Shown here: positions 48,413 through 60,209 of the stretch, one piece after another
How positions within the stretch are numbered: position 1 is the stretch's first letter
How the letters are laid out: the number at the start of each line of letters is the position of its first letter
From: Ignavibacteriales bacterium
GTDB lineage: Bacteria > Bacteroidota > Ignavibacteria > Ignavibacteriales > Ignavibacteriaceae
Length of the DNA stretch: 64,000 bases
NCBI GenBank assembly: GCA_016709155.1
Contig: JADJEI010000013.1
Coordinates: 904,093-968,092 of the forward strand
Direction: 5' to 3'
The notes under the pieces: generated by a model
Told to the model about the DNA's origin: nothing
Database searches by the model: none
What the model saw: the letters and a program-made list of their open reading frames with translations, nothing else
Made by a program: the position numbers and the translations under genes

Positions 48413-49561
48413 TTAGGGCAAAAGATTTTTAATGAGGTTCAATAGAAGTGGTTCAAGAATTTCCCAATTGTATTTTCCCTCGAATAATTTCCTTGCAAAG
48501 GTTGAATGTGACATTAACAGCAATGAACTATCTAAATATTCTTTAACTTGATTAACAGCCGCTTGTAGGTCATTATTTTCTATAAAAATTCCAAATTGAT
48601 TTTTATCTCTCATTTCTCCAAGTGAATCAAGCTTGGTATAAATCACAGGCTTACCGCAAGCCATATAATCAAATATTTTAATCGGAAGTGATTTATTATA
48701 AACTTTGTTTTTATCACGTAAATCAATGCATATATCTACCGATTTTAATTCGGTTGAAAAGTTTTTGTAGTCCACCCAATCTTTATAATCAATCGATATA
48801 TTACTTAAAGTTGAAAGTGAATTCATGAGTTCGCGAAGTTCTTCATTTTCAAAAGGACCAATAATTTTTATAACAAATGATTTATTTGGAAAATCAGTCG
48901 CAGTCATTTTTACTAATTCTATAAATCTGGCGAATCCTCTTTCTTTTGAAATAATTCCAGTATAGCATAATGTAAAAGTTTTTCCACTATATGGCGGGGG
49001 GCTATACTGGAAATGTTTTTTAGATGGGTAATAACTTATAATAGTGTACTTCTTGAAAGGTGCAAAAAATCTGTACGGTATTGCTTTTAATTTTTCGCCT
49101 ATAATTAAATGATCAGCTCGATTGGAAACATAAATGTTGAACAGTGAATATATCTGGTAGAAAAAAGTACGCTTCAATCCTGAGAATTGATTCAACATAT
49201 TTTGGTGGGGATACCATTCAGTTATATCGTAAATGATTTTCAACTTTGGATTTTGTTTCTTGTATCTTAGTGCTGCAATGATTGTTAAAGGCTCACTGCA
49301 AATCGTTAGGTCGGGCATCGTCTCTTTTAAGAGTTTATTAAACTTTATAAGTTTATCAGGTTTAGAAAAAGCAGATCCGTCAAATCCATAAACTTTAATT
49401 CCATCAATTGTATCTGTGAGCTGCTTTGTTGAAGCAATAACCGAAACGTTGTAACCAGCATTTAGTAATGTCAATCCGAATTTATAAAATATTCTTTCGT
49501 CTAGTGGAGAATGTCCCGAAGTAATCAGGCAGATATTTTTATGAGTATTCACAAAATACAA
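48413..49561 (-). CDS. glycosyltransferase family 4
   Basis: GT-B layout with a C-terminal ...FDYMACGKPVIYT... motif. The exact start is uncertain. Confidence 0.7.
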   Translation of the reverse strand: MYFVNTHKNICLITSGHSPLDERIFYKFGLTLLNAGYNVSVIASTKQLTDTIDGIKVYGFDGSAFSKPDKLIKFNKLLKETMPDLTICSEPLTIIAALRYKKQNPKLKIIYDITEWYPHQNMLNQFSGLKRTFFYQIYSLFNIYVSNRADHLIIGEKLKAIPYRFFAPFKKYTIISYYPSKKHFQYSPPPYSGKTFTLCYTGIISKERGFARFIELVKMTATDFPNKSFVIKIIGPFENEELRELMNSLSTLSNISIDYKDWVDYKNFSTELKSVDICIDLRDKNKVYNKSLPIKIFDYMACGKPVIYTKLDSLGEMRDKNQFGIFIENNDLQAAVNQVKEYLDSSLLLMSHSTFARKLFEGKYNWEILEPLLLNLIKNLLP

Positions 49562-49621
49562 GTTAAGTTAAGTTAGAATTATTTATTAATTTTCAGATAA
49601 CATCAAACGTAAATTAAGCAG

Positions 49622-50374
49622 ATGAATGAGCCAAATAAAATTTCTGTAATTATCATTACAAAAAATGAAAATCAAAATATTACCGATTGCCTTAATTCTG
49701 TAAAATGGGCTGATGAAATCATCATCATTGATGCAGAAAGTTCGGACGATACAATAGAACTTGCAAAAAAATTTACTGATAAAGTTTTCATCAAAAAGTG
49801 GAATGGATATTCGGATCAGAAAATGTATGCGCTTTCATTAGCAAAGAATGAATGGGTTTTAAGTCTCGATGCCGATGAAAGAATTACTGATGAATTAAAA
49901 AATGAAATTATTTTTTCTGATCTTTCCATTGCTGACGGATATAAAATTTCGAGAGCTAATTATTTTTTAGGCAGACTTATTCGAGGCTGCGGCTGGAGTC
50001 ACGATTATCAGTTAAGGTTATTTAGAAAATCAAAAACAAAAGTGACTGAAAGAATGGTACACGAAGGTTTTATCGTTGACGGGAAAATTTCTGAACTGAA
50101 ATCTTCGATGCTTCATTATTCATATCGAAATTTTCATGATGCTGTGAATAAAATTAATAAGTACTCTACTCTTGAAGCACAAGAAAAATATCAGCGCAAA
50201 AAAGTAAATGGTTTTACAATCCTGCTAAATCCTTTTATCGCATTCGTACAGTTTTTTATTTTCAGAAAAGGATTTATTGATGGTACATATGGATTGCTCG
50301 TTTCCATTATGCATGCAATGACCAAGATGATGATGTACATGAAAATGTGGGAACTGCAGAAGAAACAAAAATGA
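49622..50374 (+). CDS. glycosyltransferase family 2
   Basis: ISVIIITKNE...IIIIDAESSDDT...LSLDADE (DxD) motifs. Confidence 0.85.
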   Translation: MNEPNKISVIIITKNENQNITDCLNSVKWADEIIIIDAESSDDTIELAKKFTDKVFIKKWNGYSDQKMYALSLAKNEWVLSLDADERITDELKNEIIFSDLSIADGYKISRANYFLGRLIRGCGWSHDYQLRLFRKSKTKVTERMVHEGFIVDGKISELKSSMLHYSYRNFHDAVNKINKYSTLEAQEKYQRKKVNGFTILLNPFIAFVQFFIFRKGFIDGTYGLLVSIMHAMTKMMMYMKMWELQKKQK

Positions 50375-51487
50375 GTATGAACGTTGTCATAACTAACGAC
50401 GCTGTCAATATTGCCGGTGGTGAAAACTATGCGCTTTATCTTGCCGAAGGATTAAGAGAACGAAATCACAAGGTCATTATAGCACCGTTAAAAAATTCTG
50501 CATTAGCCGACGAAGCACGTGAGCGTAAATTTTTAGTTTATGAAATTCCATATGGACTTAAGGGCAGGGAATTCAATGCAGTAAAAGTTTTATACAATTT
50601 TCTTCGAAAAGAAAAAATTGACATAGTCCATTCTAATTCAAATTTGGATAGAACTATCGCAGCCTTCGCTGGAAAATTTATTGGAGCTAAAAATTTTACT
50701 ACCGTTCATTCTTGCTTATCTATTAGCCGAAATGTAACTCATCGCTTTAGAAATAAATTCTTGATTGATCGCTTCACTCCGGTTGGATTTTCTACGAAAG
50801 ATATTTTGATAAACATGGATTTAATCCCTGAAGAAAAAATATCTGTGGTGCATATTGGCTTACCACCGGCTCAATTTGTTTATTCGAGTGAAGGCAGAAG
50901 AAAAATTCGAAATGAATTTTCGATTAAAGATGAAGAAATACTTATAGGAACGGTTTCCCGGTTAGTTGAATTTAAAGGACATTCTAATTTAATAAACGCT
51001 TTTAAGGATGCTTCTTTAAAAAATCAAAAGCTAAAATTGCTGATTGTTGGATCAGGTGAACTTGAGGCGGAATTAAAAACAAACCGCAAATTTTCAGTTG
51101 GAGGACAAAATCATTTTTACCGGGAATAGAAAAGATATTTCCGATATACTTTCTGCAATAGATATCTTTGCACAAACTTCAATTGATAATGGAGGGGAGA
51201 CATTTCCTGTGTCAATTCTCGAAGCTATTTCAGTCGGGCTTCCGATTATTGCAAGTAATGTCGGTGATATTAAATATCTCGTTCGAAATGAAAATGGAAT
51301 TTTGCTTCAGCCGGGAAATGTTTTGCAGATATCGGACTCAATCTTAAAACTTTCTTCTAATCAAAGCTTGATCGAAAAATATAAATCAGCTTCGAGAAAA
51401 TTGTTTGAAAATGAATATACTGTCGGGCGAATGGTAAATAAAATTGAATCACTTTATTTAGAAGAACTAAAAAAAGATGTCCATTAA
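50371..51487 (+). CDS. glycosyltransferase family 4, interrupted at A5 51075..51079
   Basis: ATG 50371 overlaps the GT2 stop. Removing one A joins ...GSGELEAELK to QTANFQLEDKIIFTGNRKDIS...ETFPVSILEAISVGLPIIAS. Confidence 0.75.
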
Positions 51488-52606
51488 AATATTGATCGCA
51501 CCCGATTCGTTTAAGGAATGTATTGACTCAATTTCGCTGGCAGCGCTTATTGAAGATGAATTTAAAAAGTTTAATAACTATGAACTGAAATCAAAACCAA
51601 TTTCTGACGGCGGAGATGGATTTCTGAATGTTTGTAAAAATTACTTTCAACTTGAAGAAGTTAAATATTCAGTCTCAACAGCTTATAATGAAGACATAAT
51701 GATTTGCCAAATTGGATATGATAAGATTAGAAGAAATATTTTTATAGAATCGGCTGATGTACTCGGACTAAAAAAATTCCTGCCGACAAGAGAAAACCTT
51801 TAAAGCTTAACTCAAAAGGATTAGGAGAGCTTCTTTTACAAATTAAATCAGATGTAGAAAAAGAAAAACTAAATTGTGACTCAATTTATCTTGGTATTGG
51901 CGGCACCGGCACAGTTGATTTCGGACTTGGTATGTGTTCAAAACTCGGGTTACAAATATCTGATTTTTATAAAAAAGAAATGGATGTACTCCCTGAAAAT
52001 TATTTCCGCATGGGTGAAATTTATCCGCCGAACAAGACTTTGCCATTTAATATTATTTGTGTTGTTGACGTTCAGAATCAATTGATAGGACAGGATGGGG
52101 CAGTGATAAAATTTGCCTCACAGAAAGGCGCATCACCGTCAGATATTAAATTGTTAGAACTTGGGTTTAGTAAAATTCTAAACATCCTTCAAACGAAAAA
52201 CTTGATAGGGAATGAAAAATCTTTTTCCGGGGCAGGTGGAGGAATTGCTGCGGCACTTCAAATATTTTATAATGCGAAAATTATACAAGCCAAAGATTTT
52301 ATTCTTAATTTGCTCGATGTGAAGATGGAGATTGATCATTCGGAAATTATAATTACCGGTGAAGGCAAGTTCGATTCACAAAGTTTACTCGGCAAAGGTG
52401 CATACTCAATTGCAGAATATGCCTTACAAAAAAATAAAAAGGTTTTTTTTGTCTGTGGTAAATCTGAAATGAAAGCCGGCAATTTTGATAATGACAATTT
52501 CTCTATTATAGAGTTGAGCAATTTTATGAGTTCAGAAAACGAATCAATTCAAAATATAAATCGGGGTATTTCTTTAGCATGTGAGCTAATCCGGTCTAAA
52601 CTTTGA
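51477..52606 (+). CDS. glycerate kinase, interrupted at A7 51770..51776
   Basis: KILIAPDSFKE...SDGGDGF N-terminus. One extra A joins ...DVLGLKK to IPADKRKPLKLNSKGLGELL...GIGGTGTVDFG and the 51932..52606 ORF. Confidence 0.75.
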
Positions 52607-52679
52607 TTATCATTTTTCCTCAGAGTCTAAATTGTTAAATTGAAATTGTAATGATTATATTTTTGGAAAAAGGATTTAG

Positions 52680-53567
52680 ATGAGAGAATATCTCGATTTA
52701 GTCAAACTTGTAATTGACAAAGGAACACGCAAATCATCCCGAACAGGGATTGATACTATTTCTTACTTTGGCGCCTTTTATAAGGTTGATTTACAAAATG
52801 GTTTTCCATTATTAACAACCAAGAAAGTTGAATGGAAGTCTCTGCTTAATGAAGTTTTGTGGTATTTATCCGGTGAGCATCATATAAAAAATTTGAGACA
52901 ACACACTAAAATCTGGGACGCCTGGGCGGATGAAAATGGACTGCTTCAAACAGCTTACGGTAGATTCTGGCGGCGTTATCCCGTACCCGAAGCAAAATCA
53001 ATTCTTGAAGGAGAAGTTTATGTTGATGATTCTCATCCATTTGTTCATAGAGAATCTAACGGCGCACTAACATTTGATCAGATAGGGTGGGTGATCAATG
53101 AGATTAGTACTAATCCCAACTCACGCAGATTAATTATCAATGCATGGCATCCTGCAAATGCAGTCATTAGCAAGCTGCCCCCTTGTCATTATACTTTTGC
53201 ATTCAATGTAAATTCCGGAAAATTAAATTGTCATTTAACTCAGCGAAGCGGCGATATTGCTTTGGGAATTCCTTTTAATCTTGCAGCTTATTCATTACTG
53301 ACACAAATAATTGCTCAAGAAACGAATCTGCAGTTAGGTGAATTCGCTCATACAATTATTGATGCACATATTTATGTTGCTGACAAGGGGAGTGTAAATG
53401 AAAAGTTTGATCATCTTGCAGGATTAAAACTACAACTTCAAAGAGAACCCCTTCCATTGCCAAAATTGAAAATTAATATGAAGCCGATTGATGAATTAAA
53501 GTTTGATGATTTTCAATTGATTGATTATCAGTATCATGAGAAGATAAAGTTTGAGGTTGCTGTTTGA
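52680..53567 (+). CDS. thyA: thymidylate synthase
   Basis: RTG.DT.S.FG, LPPCH active-site Cys context, QRSGDIALGIPFN. Confidence 0.95.
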   Translation: MREYLDLVKLVIDKGTRKSSRTGIDTISYFGAFYKVDLQNGFPLLTTKKVEWKSLLNEVLWYLSGEHHIKNLRQHTKIWDAWADENGLLQTAYGRFWRRYPVPEAKSILEGEVYVDDSHPFVHRESNGALTFDQIGWVINEISTNPNSRRLIINAWHPANAVISKLPPCHYTFAFNVNSGKLNCHLTQRSGDIALGIPFNLAAYSLLTQIIAQETNLQLGEFAHTIIDAHIYVADKGSVNEKFDHLAGLKLQLQREPLPLPKLKINMKPIDELKFDDFQLIDYQYHEKIKFEVAV

Positions 53568-54043
53568 AAAAAATTATCATTGCGGCAATTGCCAAAAATG
53601 GTGTAATAGGTCGGGCTGATAAACAAATGCCCTGGCATGATTCCGAGGAGTTTAAACATTTTAAGCGTACTACTTTTGGTTACCCAATTATCATGGGGCG
53701 GAAAACTTTTGAGTCGCTTGGTAAACCTTTAATTGGAAGATTAAATATTGTAATTACTAAAAACTTGGATTGGAAATGTAATTATCCTGAAGTTTTGGTT
53801 TTGACTTCACTTGAATCTGCAATTAAACATTGTGAAAACAGTCACTATGAAAAAATATTTATTACCGGCGGCGGACAATTATATAAGCAGGCTATTTTGA
53901 TTGCCGATGAGATGATTCTATCTTTTATGAATTTCGAAGCTAAAGGCGAAGTGTTCTTTCCGGCAATTGATGAATCAAACTGGATAATAAACAAAAGAGA
54001 ACCGAAAGAAAATTTTGAAATTGTAACCTACATTAGAAAATAA
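53564..54043 (+). CDS. folA: dihydrofolate reductase
   Basis: IIAAIAKNGVIG...MPWH..EEFKHFKRTT.G..IIMGRKTFES. Overlaps the thyA stop. Confidence 0.9.
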   Translation: MKKIIIAAIAKNGVIGRADKQMPWHDSEEFKHFKRTTFGYPIIMGRKTFESLGKPLIGRLNIVITKNLDWKCNYPEVLVLTSLESAIKHCENSHYEKIFITGGGQLYKQAILIADEMILSFMNFEAKGEVFFPAIDESNWIINKREPKENFEIVTYIRK

Positions 54044-55903
54044 ATGAGCTTAAATAAAAAAATAAATATACTTCCCGAAAACATTGCCAATAAAATTGCA
54101 GCCGGCGAAGTAATACAGCGCCCGGAATCGGCAGTTAAGGAATTACTTGAAAATTCAATTGATGCCGGGGCTGATTCAATTGAGGTAGTTGTAAAACGTG
54201 CCGGAAAAATCCTGATTCAAGTTTGCGATAATGGAATCGGAATGTCGCCCGAAGACGCAATTGACTGTATTAAAAAACATGCAACAAGTAAAATTACAAT
54301 CGTAGAAGATCTGGATAATATCAGAACGTTAGGTTTTCGGGGGGAGGCACTCAGTTCGATTGCTGCTGTTGCTCAACTTGAAATTCGTACTGAAAGAAAT
54401 GATGATGAAATTGGCTGTTTAATTAAATATGAAGATTCAATCGGAGTAGTAAAAGAAGCGGGCTCATTTGCAAAAGGCACTTGTGTTTCTGTAAAAAATT
54501 TATTTTATAATATTCCTGCCAGACGAAATTTTTTAAGGAGTGATGCGACTGAATTAAAACACATTTTAGATACTTTTAATAAAATTTCATTAAGCCATCC
54601 GCAAATATCATTTCGATTTTTTAACGATGATGATTTAATTTTTGATTATAAATCCGGAACTTTAGAAGAAAGAATAATGCAAGTGTTTGCAGATAATATT
54701 CTTGATGCTTTAATACCTGTTCAGGAGCATACAGAATATTTGAATTTGAAAGGATATGTAAGTAAGCCGGCTTATCTAAAAAGAAGTAAAGGCGAACAGT
54801 ATGTTTTCTTAAATAACCGTTATGTTATAAGCAGACAAATAAATCATGCTGTTTTTTCGGCTTATGAAAACATTCTTGAAAAGGGCGATTTCCCGTTCTT
54901 CATAATATTTATTGAACTTGACCCCAAAAAGGTTGATGTTAATGTTCATCCTTCAAAGCTTGAAGTGAGGTTTGATGATGAAAAAGATATTTATAGTTTT
55001 GTTCGTGCTGTTGTTAGAAAAGGACTCGGTTCTTTTGATCTAGTGCCTTCACTAAAATTTACAGAAAGTACTAACGATGGAGAGCGAACCCGCTTCGACA
55101 AATTTACTAAAACCGACGTGAATGATTTTTCCGATCGTCCTGTCTTTGAAGCAAAGCATTCGACTGCCAAATCCAATTTCAGCGATAAAGAAATTGATCT
55201 GATATTCAGCACAATTCCGGATGACATTTTACCTGCTAAACCGGGAGAAATTTCTACCCATCCCTTTGAGCAGGCAAATCAAAATACTGAAGTAAAAACT
55301 GAAAAATCTTTCCCAAATTCACCGGTGAGTGAGGAAACTCCATTCATTATTCAGCTTCATAATAAGTATATCCTATCGCAAATTAAATCCGGACTTATGA
55401 TTATTGATCAGCATGTTGCACATGAAAGAATTTTATATGAAAAAGTTCTAAACAGACTTGACGCTAATATTCCTTTTTCTCAACAATTACTATTTCCGAA
55501 AACACTTGAATTAAATCCGGGTACTTTTGGATTATTGAAAGAGATTTATCCAATATTAGCAAGGCTGGGGTTCGAGGTTAAATTTTTTAGCAAGCAAACA
55601 ATTGTTATTGAAGGTGTCCCGGATGATATAAAAAATGGTTCAGAAGAAGTTGTGTTAAAGGAAATAATTGATGAGTATATCTCGAACTCGCGTGAGAAAA
55701 AACTTGAGGAAACTGAAAACATTGCCAAGTCTTATTCTTGTAAAGCAGCTATTAAGGCTGGGGATAAATTAAGTGACCGCGAAATGCGCCTATTGATTGA
55801 TCAACTTTTTGCTACCTCCATGCCTTATATTTGTCCGCATGGAAGACCAATAGTTGTTAAAATTTCTCTTGATGAATTTGATCGAAGATTTGGTAGAACT
55901 TAA
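54044..55903 (+). CDS. mutL: DNA mismatch repair protein MutL
   Basis: IAAGEVIQRPESAVKELLENSIDAGA, DNGIGM, FRGEALSSI GHKL ATPase motifs. C-terminal dimerisation domain. Confidence 0.95.
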   Translation: MSLNKKINILPENIANKIAAGEVIQRPESAVKELLENSIDAGADSIEVVVKRAGKILIQVCDNGIGMSPEDAIDCIKKHATSKITIVEDLDNIRTLGFRGEALSSIAAVAQLEIRTERNDDEIGCLIKYEDSIGVVKEAGSFAKGTCVSVKNLFYNIPARRNFLRSDATELKHILDTFNKISLSHPQISFRFFNDDDLIFDYKSGTLEERIMQVFADNILDALIPVQEHTEYLNLKGYVSKPAYLKRSKGEQYVFLNNRYVISRQINHAVFSAYENILEKGDFPFFIIFIELDPKKVDVNVHPSKLEVRFDDEKDIYSFVRAVVRKGLGSFDLVPSLKFTESTNDGERTRFDKFTKTDVNDFSDRPVFEAKHSTAKSNFSDKEIDLIFSTIPDDILPAKPGEISTHPFEQANQNTEVKTEKSFPNSPVSEETPFIIQLHNKYILSQIKSGLMIIDQHVAHERILYEKVLNRLDANIPFSQQLLFPKTLELNPGTFGLLKEIYPILARLGFEVKFFSKQTIVIEGVPDDIKNGSEEVVLKEIIDEYISNSREKKLEETENIAKSYSCKAAIKAGDKLSDREMRLLIDQLFATSMPYICPHGRPIVVKISLDEFDRRFGRT

Positions 55904-55950
55904 ATTGTAACAGATTGAATTTTTATTCACTACAAAAACAGGATTAACTT

Positions 55951-57606
55951 ATGACAGATCCAAATTACCTTTCTAAAAAGGAAAAGTATTTTAATAATGC
56001 GGCTGCCGCTAAAACAACGGGAATGAAATTTACAAGTGTCAGCGGCGAGGATGTAAAAGTACTTTATACACCTGATGATATAACTCATTTGAATTATTTA
56101 GAGGAGATGAACTTCCCGGGGGAGTATCCTTATACAAGAGGAATCCATCCAAATGGTTATCGCGGAAAAATTTGGACGATGCGGCAATTTGCCGGGTTCG
56201 GATCGCCGGAGGATACTAATGAGCGATTTCATTATTTGCTCAAGAATGGTCAAACAGGATTATCTGTTGCTTTCGATTTACCTACTTTGATGGGATGGGA
56301 TGCCGATGCAGAGTTGAGCGCTGGAGAAGTTGGTATTTGCGGTGTTGCTGTTTCTTCATTGCAGGACATGGAAATTCTTTTTGATAAAATACCACTTGAT
56401 AAAGTCTCCACTTCAATGACAATCAATTCTCCGGCAGCAATGATTTTTGCGTTTTATCTTGCTGTGGCGCAAAAGCAGGGGGTTGATTTAAAAAGTTTAC
56501 GAGGTACTTTGCAGAATGATATTTTAAAGGAGTATATCGCTCAAAAAGAATTTATTTACCCACCCCATCCTTCTATGCGCATTATTGTAGATATGATTGA
56601 ATACTGCAAGAACGAAGTTCCGCAATGGAACCCTGTGTCTGTCAGCGGATATCATATACGTGAAGCCGGATCAACTGCTGTTCAGGAATTGGCTTATACA
56701 CTTGCTGATGGCTTCGCTTACATCGAAGCGTGCATCGAACGGGGAATGGATGTTGACGAATTCGCACCTCGTATTTCATTTTTCTTTAATTCACATCTTG
56801 ATTTTTTCGAAGAGATAGCTAAATACAGAGCTGCACGAAAAATTTATGCTAAAAGAATGAAAGAAAAATATGGTGCGAAAAATCCAAGAAGCTGGTGGTT
56901 AAGATTTCATACTCAAACTGCCGGCTGCACATTAACAGCACAGCAGCCTGAAAACAACATCGTGCGCACAGCGTTTCAGGCGCTTGCCGGCGTCCTTGGC
57001 GGTACGCAATCACTTCATACAAATTCGATGGATGAGACTCTTGCCCTTCCGAGCGAGAAGGCTGTTAAAATAGCATTACGTACTCAGCAGTTAATTGCTT
57101 ATGAAACAGGTGTGATCAACACAGTTGATCCACTTGGCGGAAGCTATTATGTTGAAGCGTTGACTGATAAAATGGTGAAAGGCGCTAATGAGATTTTTGA
57201 GCAAATAGATTCTCTGGGTGGGGTTATTCCCGCAATTGAAACCGGGTATTTTCAAAAAGAAATTGCAGATGCAGCGTATCGTTACCAAAAAGAAGTTGAA
57301 AGGAAAGAAAAGTATATTGTAGGTGTAAATGAATTTATTGAAACGAACGAAAAAGTTGATATACCTATTCTAACCATCTCCCCCGAAGTGCAGAAGAGAC
57401 AAATTCAAAGATTATCCGAATTAAAACAAAGTAGAAATCAGCAGATGGTAATTGATTGTCTAAATGAAATAAACCAGGCAGCTATTGATGGTAAAAACCT
57501 AATGCCTGTTTTTGTGAAAGCTGCCCATAATTATATTACACTTGGTGAAATGGTGAGCGAACTTAAAACAGTATTCGGTACTTATGAGGAAGTCTCGGTA
57601 TTTTGA
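55951..57606 (+). CDS. methylmalonyl-CoA mutase family, large (substrate-binding barrel) subunit
   Basis: [10 protein letters not shown]...[10 protein letters not shown]...FHTQTAG...NIVRTA.QALA motifs. No B12-binding domain in this ORF. Confidence 0.9.
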   Translation: MTDPNYLSKKEKYFNNAAAAKTTGMKFTSVSGEDVKVLYTPDDITHLNYLEEMNFPGEYPYTRGIHPNGYRGKIWTMRQFAGFGSPEDTNERFHYLLKNGQTGLSVAFDLPTLMGWDADAELSAGEVGICGVAVSSLQDMEILFDKIPLDKVSTSMTINSPAAMIFAFYLAVAQKQGVDLKSLRGTLQNDILKEYIAQKEFIYPPHPSMRIIVDMIEYCKNEVPQWNPVSVSGYHIREAGSTAVQELAYTLADGFAYIEACIERGMDVDEFAPRISFFFNSHLDFFEEIAKYRAARKIYAKRMKEKYGAKNPRSWWLRFHTQTAGCTLTAQQPENNIVRTAFQALAGVLGGTQSLHTNSMDETLALPSEKAVKIALRTQQLIAYETGVINTVDPLGGSYYVEALTDKMVKGANEIFEQIDSLGGVIPAIETGYFQKEIADAAYRYQKEVERKEKYIVGVNEFIETNEKVDIPILTISPEVQKRQIQRLSELKQSRNQQMVIDCLNEINQAAIDGKNLMPVFVKAAHNYITLGEMVSELKTVFGTYEEVSVF

Positions 57607-58472
57607 TGATCAGAACAGTTTCCCAATTACTAAGAATTACACAATGGATTAAAAACTTATTCGTTTTTATTCCCTTGTTGTTTTCGCTTCATCTGTTTCA
57701 TCAAAATTATTTTCTTACAGTATTGTTTGCTTTTATTGTGTTCTGTTTTGCTTCAAGTATAGTTTATATTATTAATGATGTCGTAGATCGGGAAGCTGAT
57801 AGTCAGCATCCTGTAAAAAAAAATCGCCCTATTCCATCCGGGAAAATTTCAATAAAAGCTGCATTATCAATCGCGGCAATATTAGTGAGTATAATAATAA
57901 TTATGCTCTATTTCCTTCCGGTAATGTTTATTTATTCGATCGCCGGTTTTTTATCTCTGAATCTTTTTTATACATTTATTTTTAAGCACATAGTCTTGCT
58001 TGATATTTTCAGTATTGCTGCAGGTTTTTCAATCAGAGTGATAGCTGGAGCCTATGTTATCAATGTTGAAGTATCCAACTGGCTGTTACTAACAACGATG
58101 TTCATCTCACTTTTTCTTGCGGTGATGAAAAGGTATTCGGAGTTAAATCTGCAAAATTCTGAAGCCGGAAAATCGCGCAAGGTACTTTCACAATATTCAC
58201 TTGAGTTTACATCGCAACTCTCGACTGTAGCAGCCGCAGCAGTTATTATATGTTACGCACTTTATACAGTTTCCACACGTACAGTTTCAGTTTTCGGGAC
58301 TGAAAATCTCATTTATACTACACCCTTTGTTGTATTTGGAATTTTTAGGTATATGTTTCTGGTATATATGAATCACGAAGGCGAGAACACTTCCAAAATA
58401 ATGATCACTGATTTGCAGATGATAGTAACAGTAATTCTATATATCACAACCATTGTTCTTATTGTTTACTAA
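57606..58472 (+). CDS. UbiA-family prenyltransferase (decaprenyl-phosphate phosphoribosyltransferase-like)
   Basis: NDVVDREAD motif and about 8-9 TM helices. ATG 57606 overlaps the mutase TGA. Confidence 0.8.
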   Translation: MIRTVSQLLRITQWIKNLFVFIPLLFSLHLFHQNYFLTVLFAFIVFCFASSIVYIINDVVDREADSQHPVKKNRPIPSGKISIKAALSIAAILVSIIIIMLYFLPVMFIYSIAGFLSLNLFYTFIFKHIVLLDIFSIAAGFSIRVIAGAYVINVEVSNWLLLTTMFISLFLAVMKRYSELNLQNSEAGKSRKVLSQYSLEFTSQLSTVAAAAVIICYALYTVSTRTVSVFGTENLIYTTPFVVFGIFRYMFLVYMNHEGENTSKIMITDLQMIVTVILYITTIVLIVY

Positions 58473-58487
58473 AATTATTTATAAAGC

Positions 58488-59729
58488 ATGATAAGCGAGT
58501 TATCCTTACTGATTATTTTGATTTTATTGAGCGGATTTTTTTCCTCAACAGAACTTGCATTCATTGTGAGTAATAAATTGAAGTTGGAAATTAAAGCCCG
58601 GAAGAAAAACATCGCAGCTATTAACGCAGTATTTTTCAATAATCATTCACAAAATTTTTATTCAACTATTTTATTGGGTAATAACGTTGTTGGAATTGCC
58701 TTTGCATCGCTCAGCACAATATTTTTTTCATCTGCTTTCGGTTGGGACGATTGGACTATATTAATTGTATCCACTTTAACTTTACTGTTATTTGGTGAAC
58801 TATTGCCAAAATATTTTGCCCGTGAAATTCCTGATAGATTTGTATTAATATCTTCAAGTCCGTTAAGAATATTTTACATCATTTTTTCTCCGTTTATTAA
58901 AACTCTTAGCGCATTTTCATCGCTGCTATTCAAATCCTCTGAAGTAAAATCCGGTAATATCAATTACATCTTTGATAAGGAAGACATCGAATTATTAGTC
59001 AAAGAAAGTGAGGCGGCAGGAATGGTTGAGAAAAAAGAAAGTGATTTCATTAGCAGGGTATTCGATTTAGGCGAGCAAAAAGTGTATGAAGCTATGCGCC
59101 CGAGAACTGAGATTGTCGGTATTGAAATTTCACAGGGGATAGATGAAGTGCTCGATATTTTCATCCAATCAGGTTACTCTAAACTTCCGGTTTTTGAAGA
59201 TAATCTGGACAACATAAAGGGAGTGGTTTATGCCTACGATTTATTTAGTAAGCCTTCAAACCTTCAAAGCATCATTCGCAATATTGAATTTGTACCGGAA
59301 ACTAAAAAAAGTTTTGACTTACTTAAAGAGTTTCTCTCGCGGAGATTTTCCATTGCCATAGTCATTGACGAATTTGGAGGCACTGCAGGATTGGTCACTA
59401 TGGAAGATATTCTTGAAGAAGTATTTGGTGAAATTGAAGATGAATACGATACAACTGAGGATATTTGCAGAAAAATTTCTGCCGACTCATTTTTAATAAG
59501 CGGAAAAGTTGAGGTAGATTATTTTAATGAAAAATATGGCGAGATTTTTCCTATTGGCGATTATGAAACTGTTGCCGGCTTTATAATATCTCGAATTGGA
59601 AAAATCCCGATACAAGGCGAGACGATTATTATTGACGGACTTCATTTCCTTATTGCCCGATCAACAAATTCAAAGATTGATTTAATTAAACTTACTCTTC
59701 CGGGTGACTACATTATTAAAAATGAATAA
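58488..59729 (+). CDS. CNNM/HlyC-CorC family transporter (DUF21 + CBS pair + CorC_HlyC)
   Basis: N-terminal TM domain, CBS region, C-terminal ...VDEFGGTAGLVTMEDILEE. Confidence 0.85.
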   Translation: MISELSLLIILILLSGFFSSTELAFIVSNKLKLEIKARKKNIAAINAVFFNNHSQNFYSTILLGNNVVGIAFASLSTIFFSSAFGWDDWTILIVSTLTLLLFGELLPKYFAREIPDRFVLISSSPLRIFYIIFSPFIKTLSAFSSLLFKSSEVKSGNINYIFDKEDIELLVKESEAAGMVEKKESDFISRVFDLGEQKVYEAMRPRTEIVGIEISQGIDEVLDIFIQSGYSKLPVFEDNLDNIKGVVYAYDLFSKPSNLQSIIRNIEFVPETKKSFDLLKEFLSRRFSIAIVIDEFGGTAGLVTMEDILEEVFGEIEDEYDTTEDICRKISADSFLISGKVEVDYFNEKYGEIFPIGDYETVAGFIISRIGKIPIQGETIIIDGLHFLIARSTNSKIDLIKLTLPGDYIIKNE

Positions 59730-60130
59730 ACACACTCATGATATAATCCTTTTCGATGGTATTTGTAACTTTTGTAATTTTTGGGTAAACCAATTATTGA
59801 AGTTCGATAAAAAATTCATTTTTAAATTTGCCGCTTTGCAATCAACTGCCGGTAAAAGAATTATTACAACAACATCTACAAACCGAAATTGATTTCGACT
59901 CATTCATTTTAATTAGCAACAACAAATTATTCAAGAAGTCAACCGCTGCATTATTAATTGCCAGAAAACTGGGAGGAGCTTTTATTTTGTTTTATCTTTT
60001 GATTTTTCTTCCACTTTCATTTCGGGATTTTGTATATGAAATTATTGCTTCGAATCGCTATAAAATCTTTGGCAAAAAAGATTCCTGCCGCGTCCCATCA
60101 GCCAAGGATCGTGAAAGATTTCTGAACTGA
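59722..60130 (+). CDS. DCC-family thiol-disulfide oxidoreductase, interrupted at A4 59854..59857
   Basis: ILFDGICNFCN motif. Removing one A joins ...ALQSTAGK to ELLQQHLQTEIDFDSFILI... (ORF 59828..60130). Confidence 0.7.
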
Positions 60131-60209
60131 TTTTAGGATTGTTTGCTTGCGAGTTAAATGATCTTGCACTTAAATTTAAATGTAATTAATTAAAACTTTT
60201 TGATAAGAA

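Noticed and set aside
55951-57606. Missing B12-binding partner of methylmalonyl-CoA mutase as an anomaly
   Set aside because: Split mutases with the small B12-binding subunit encoded elsewhere are common, so this is not unusual on its own.
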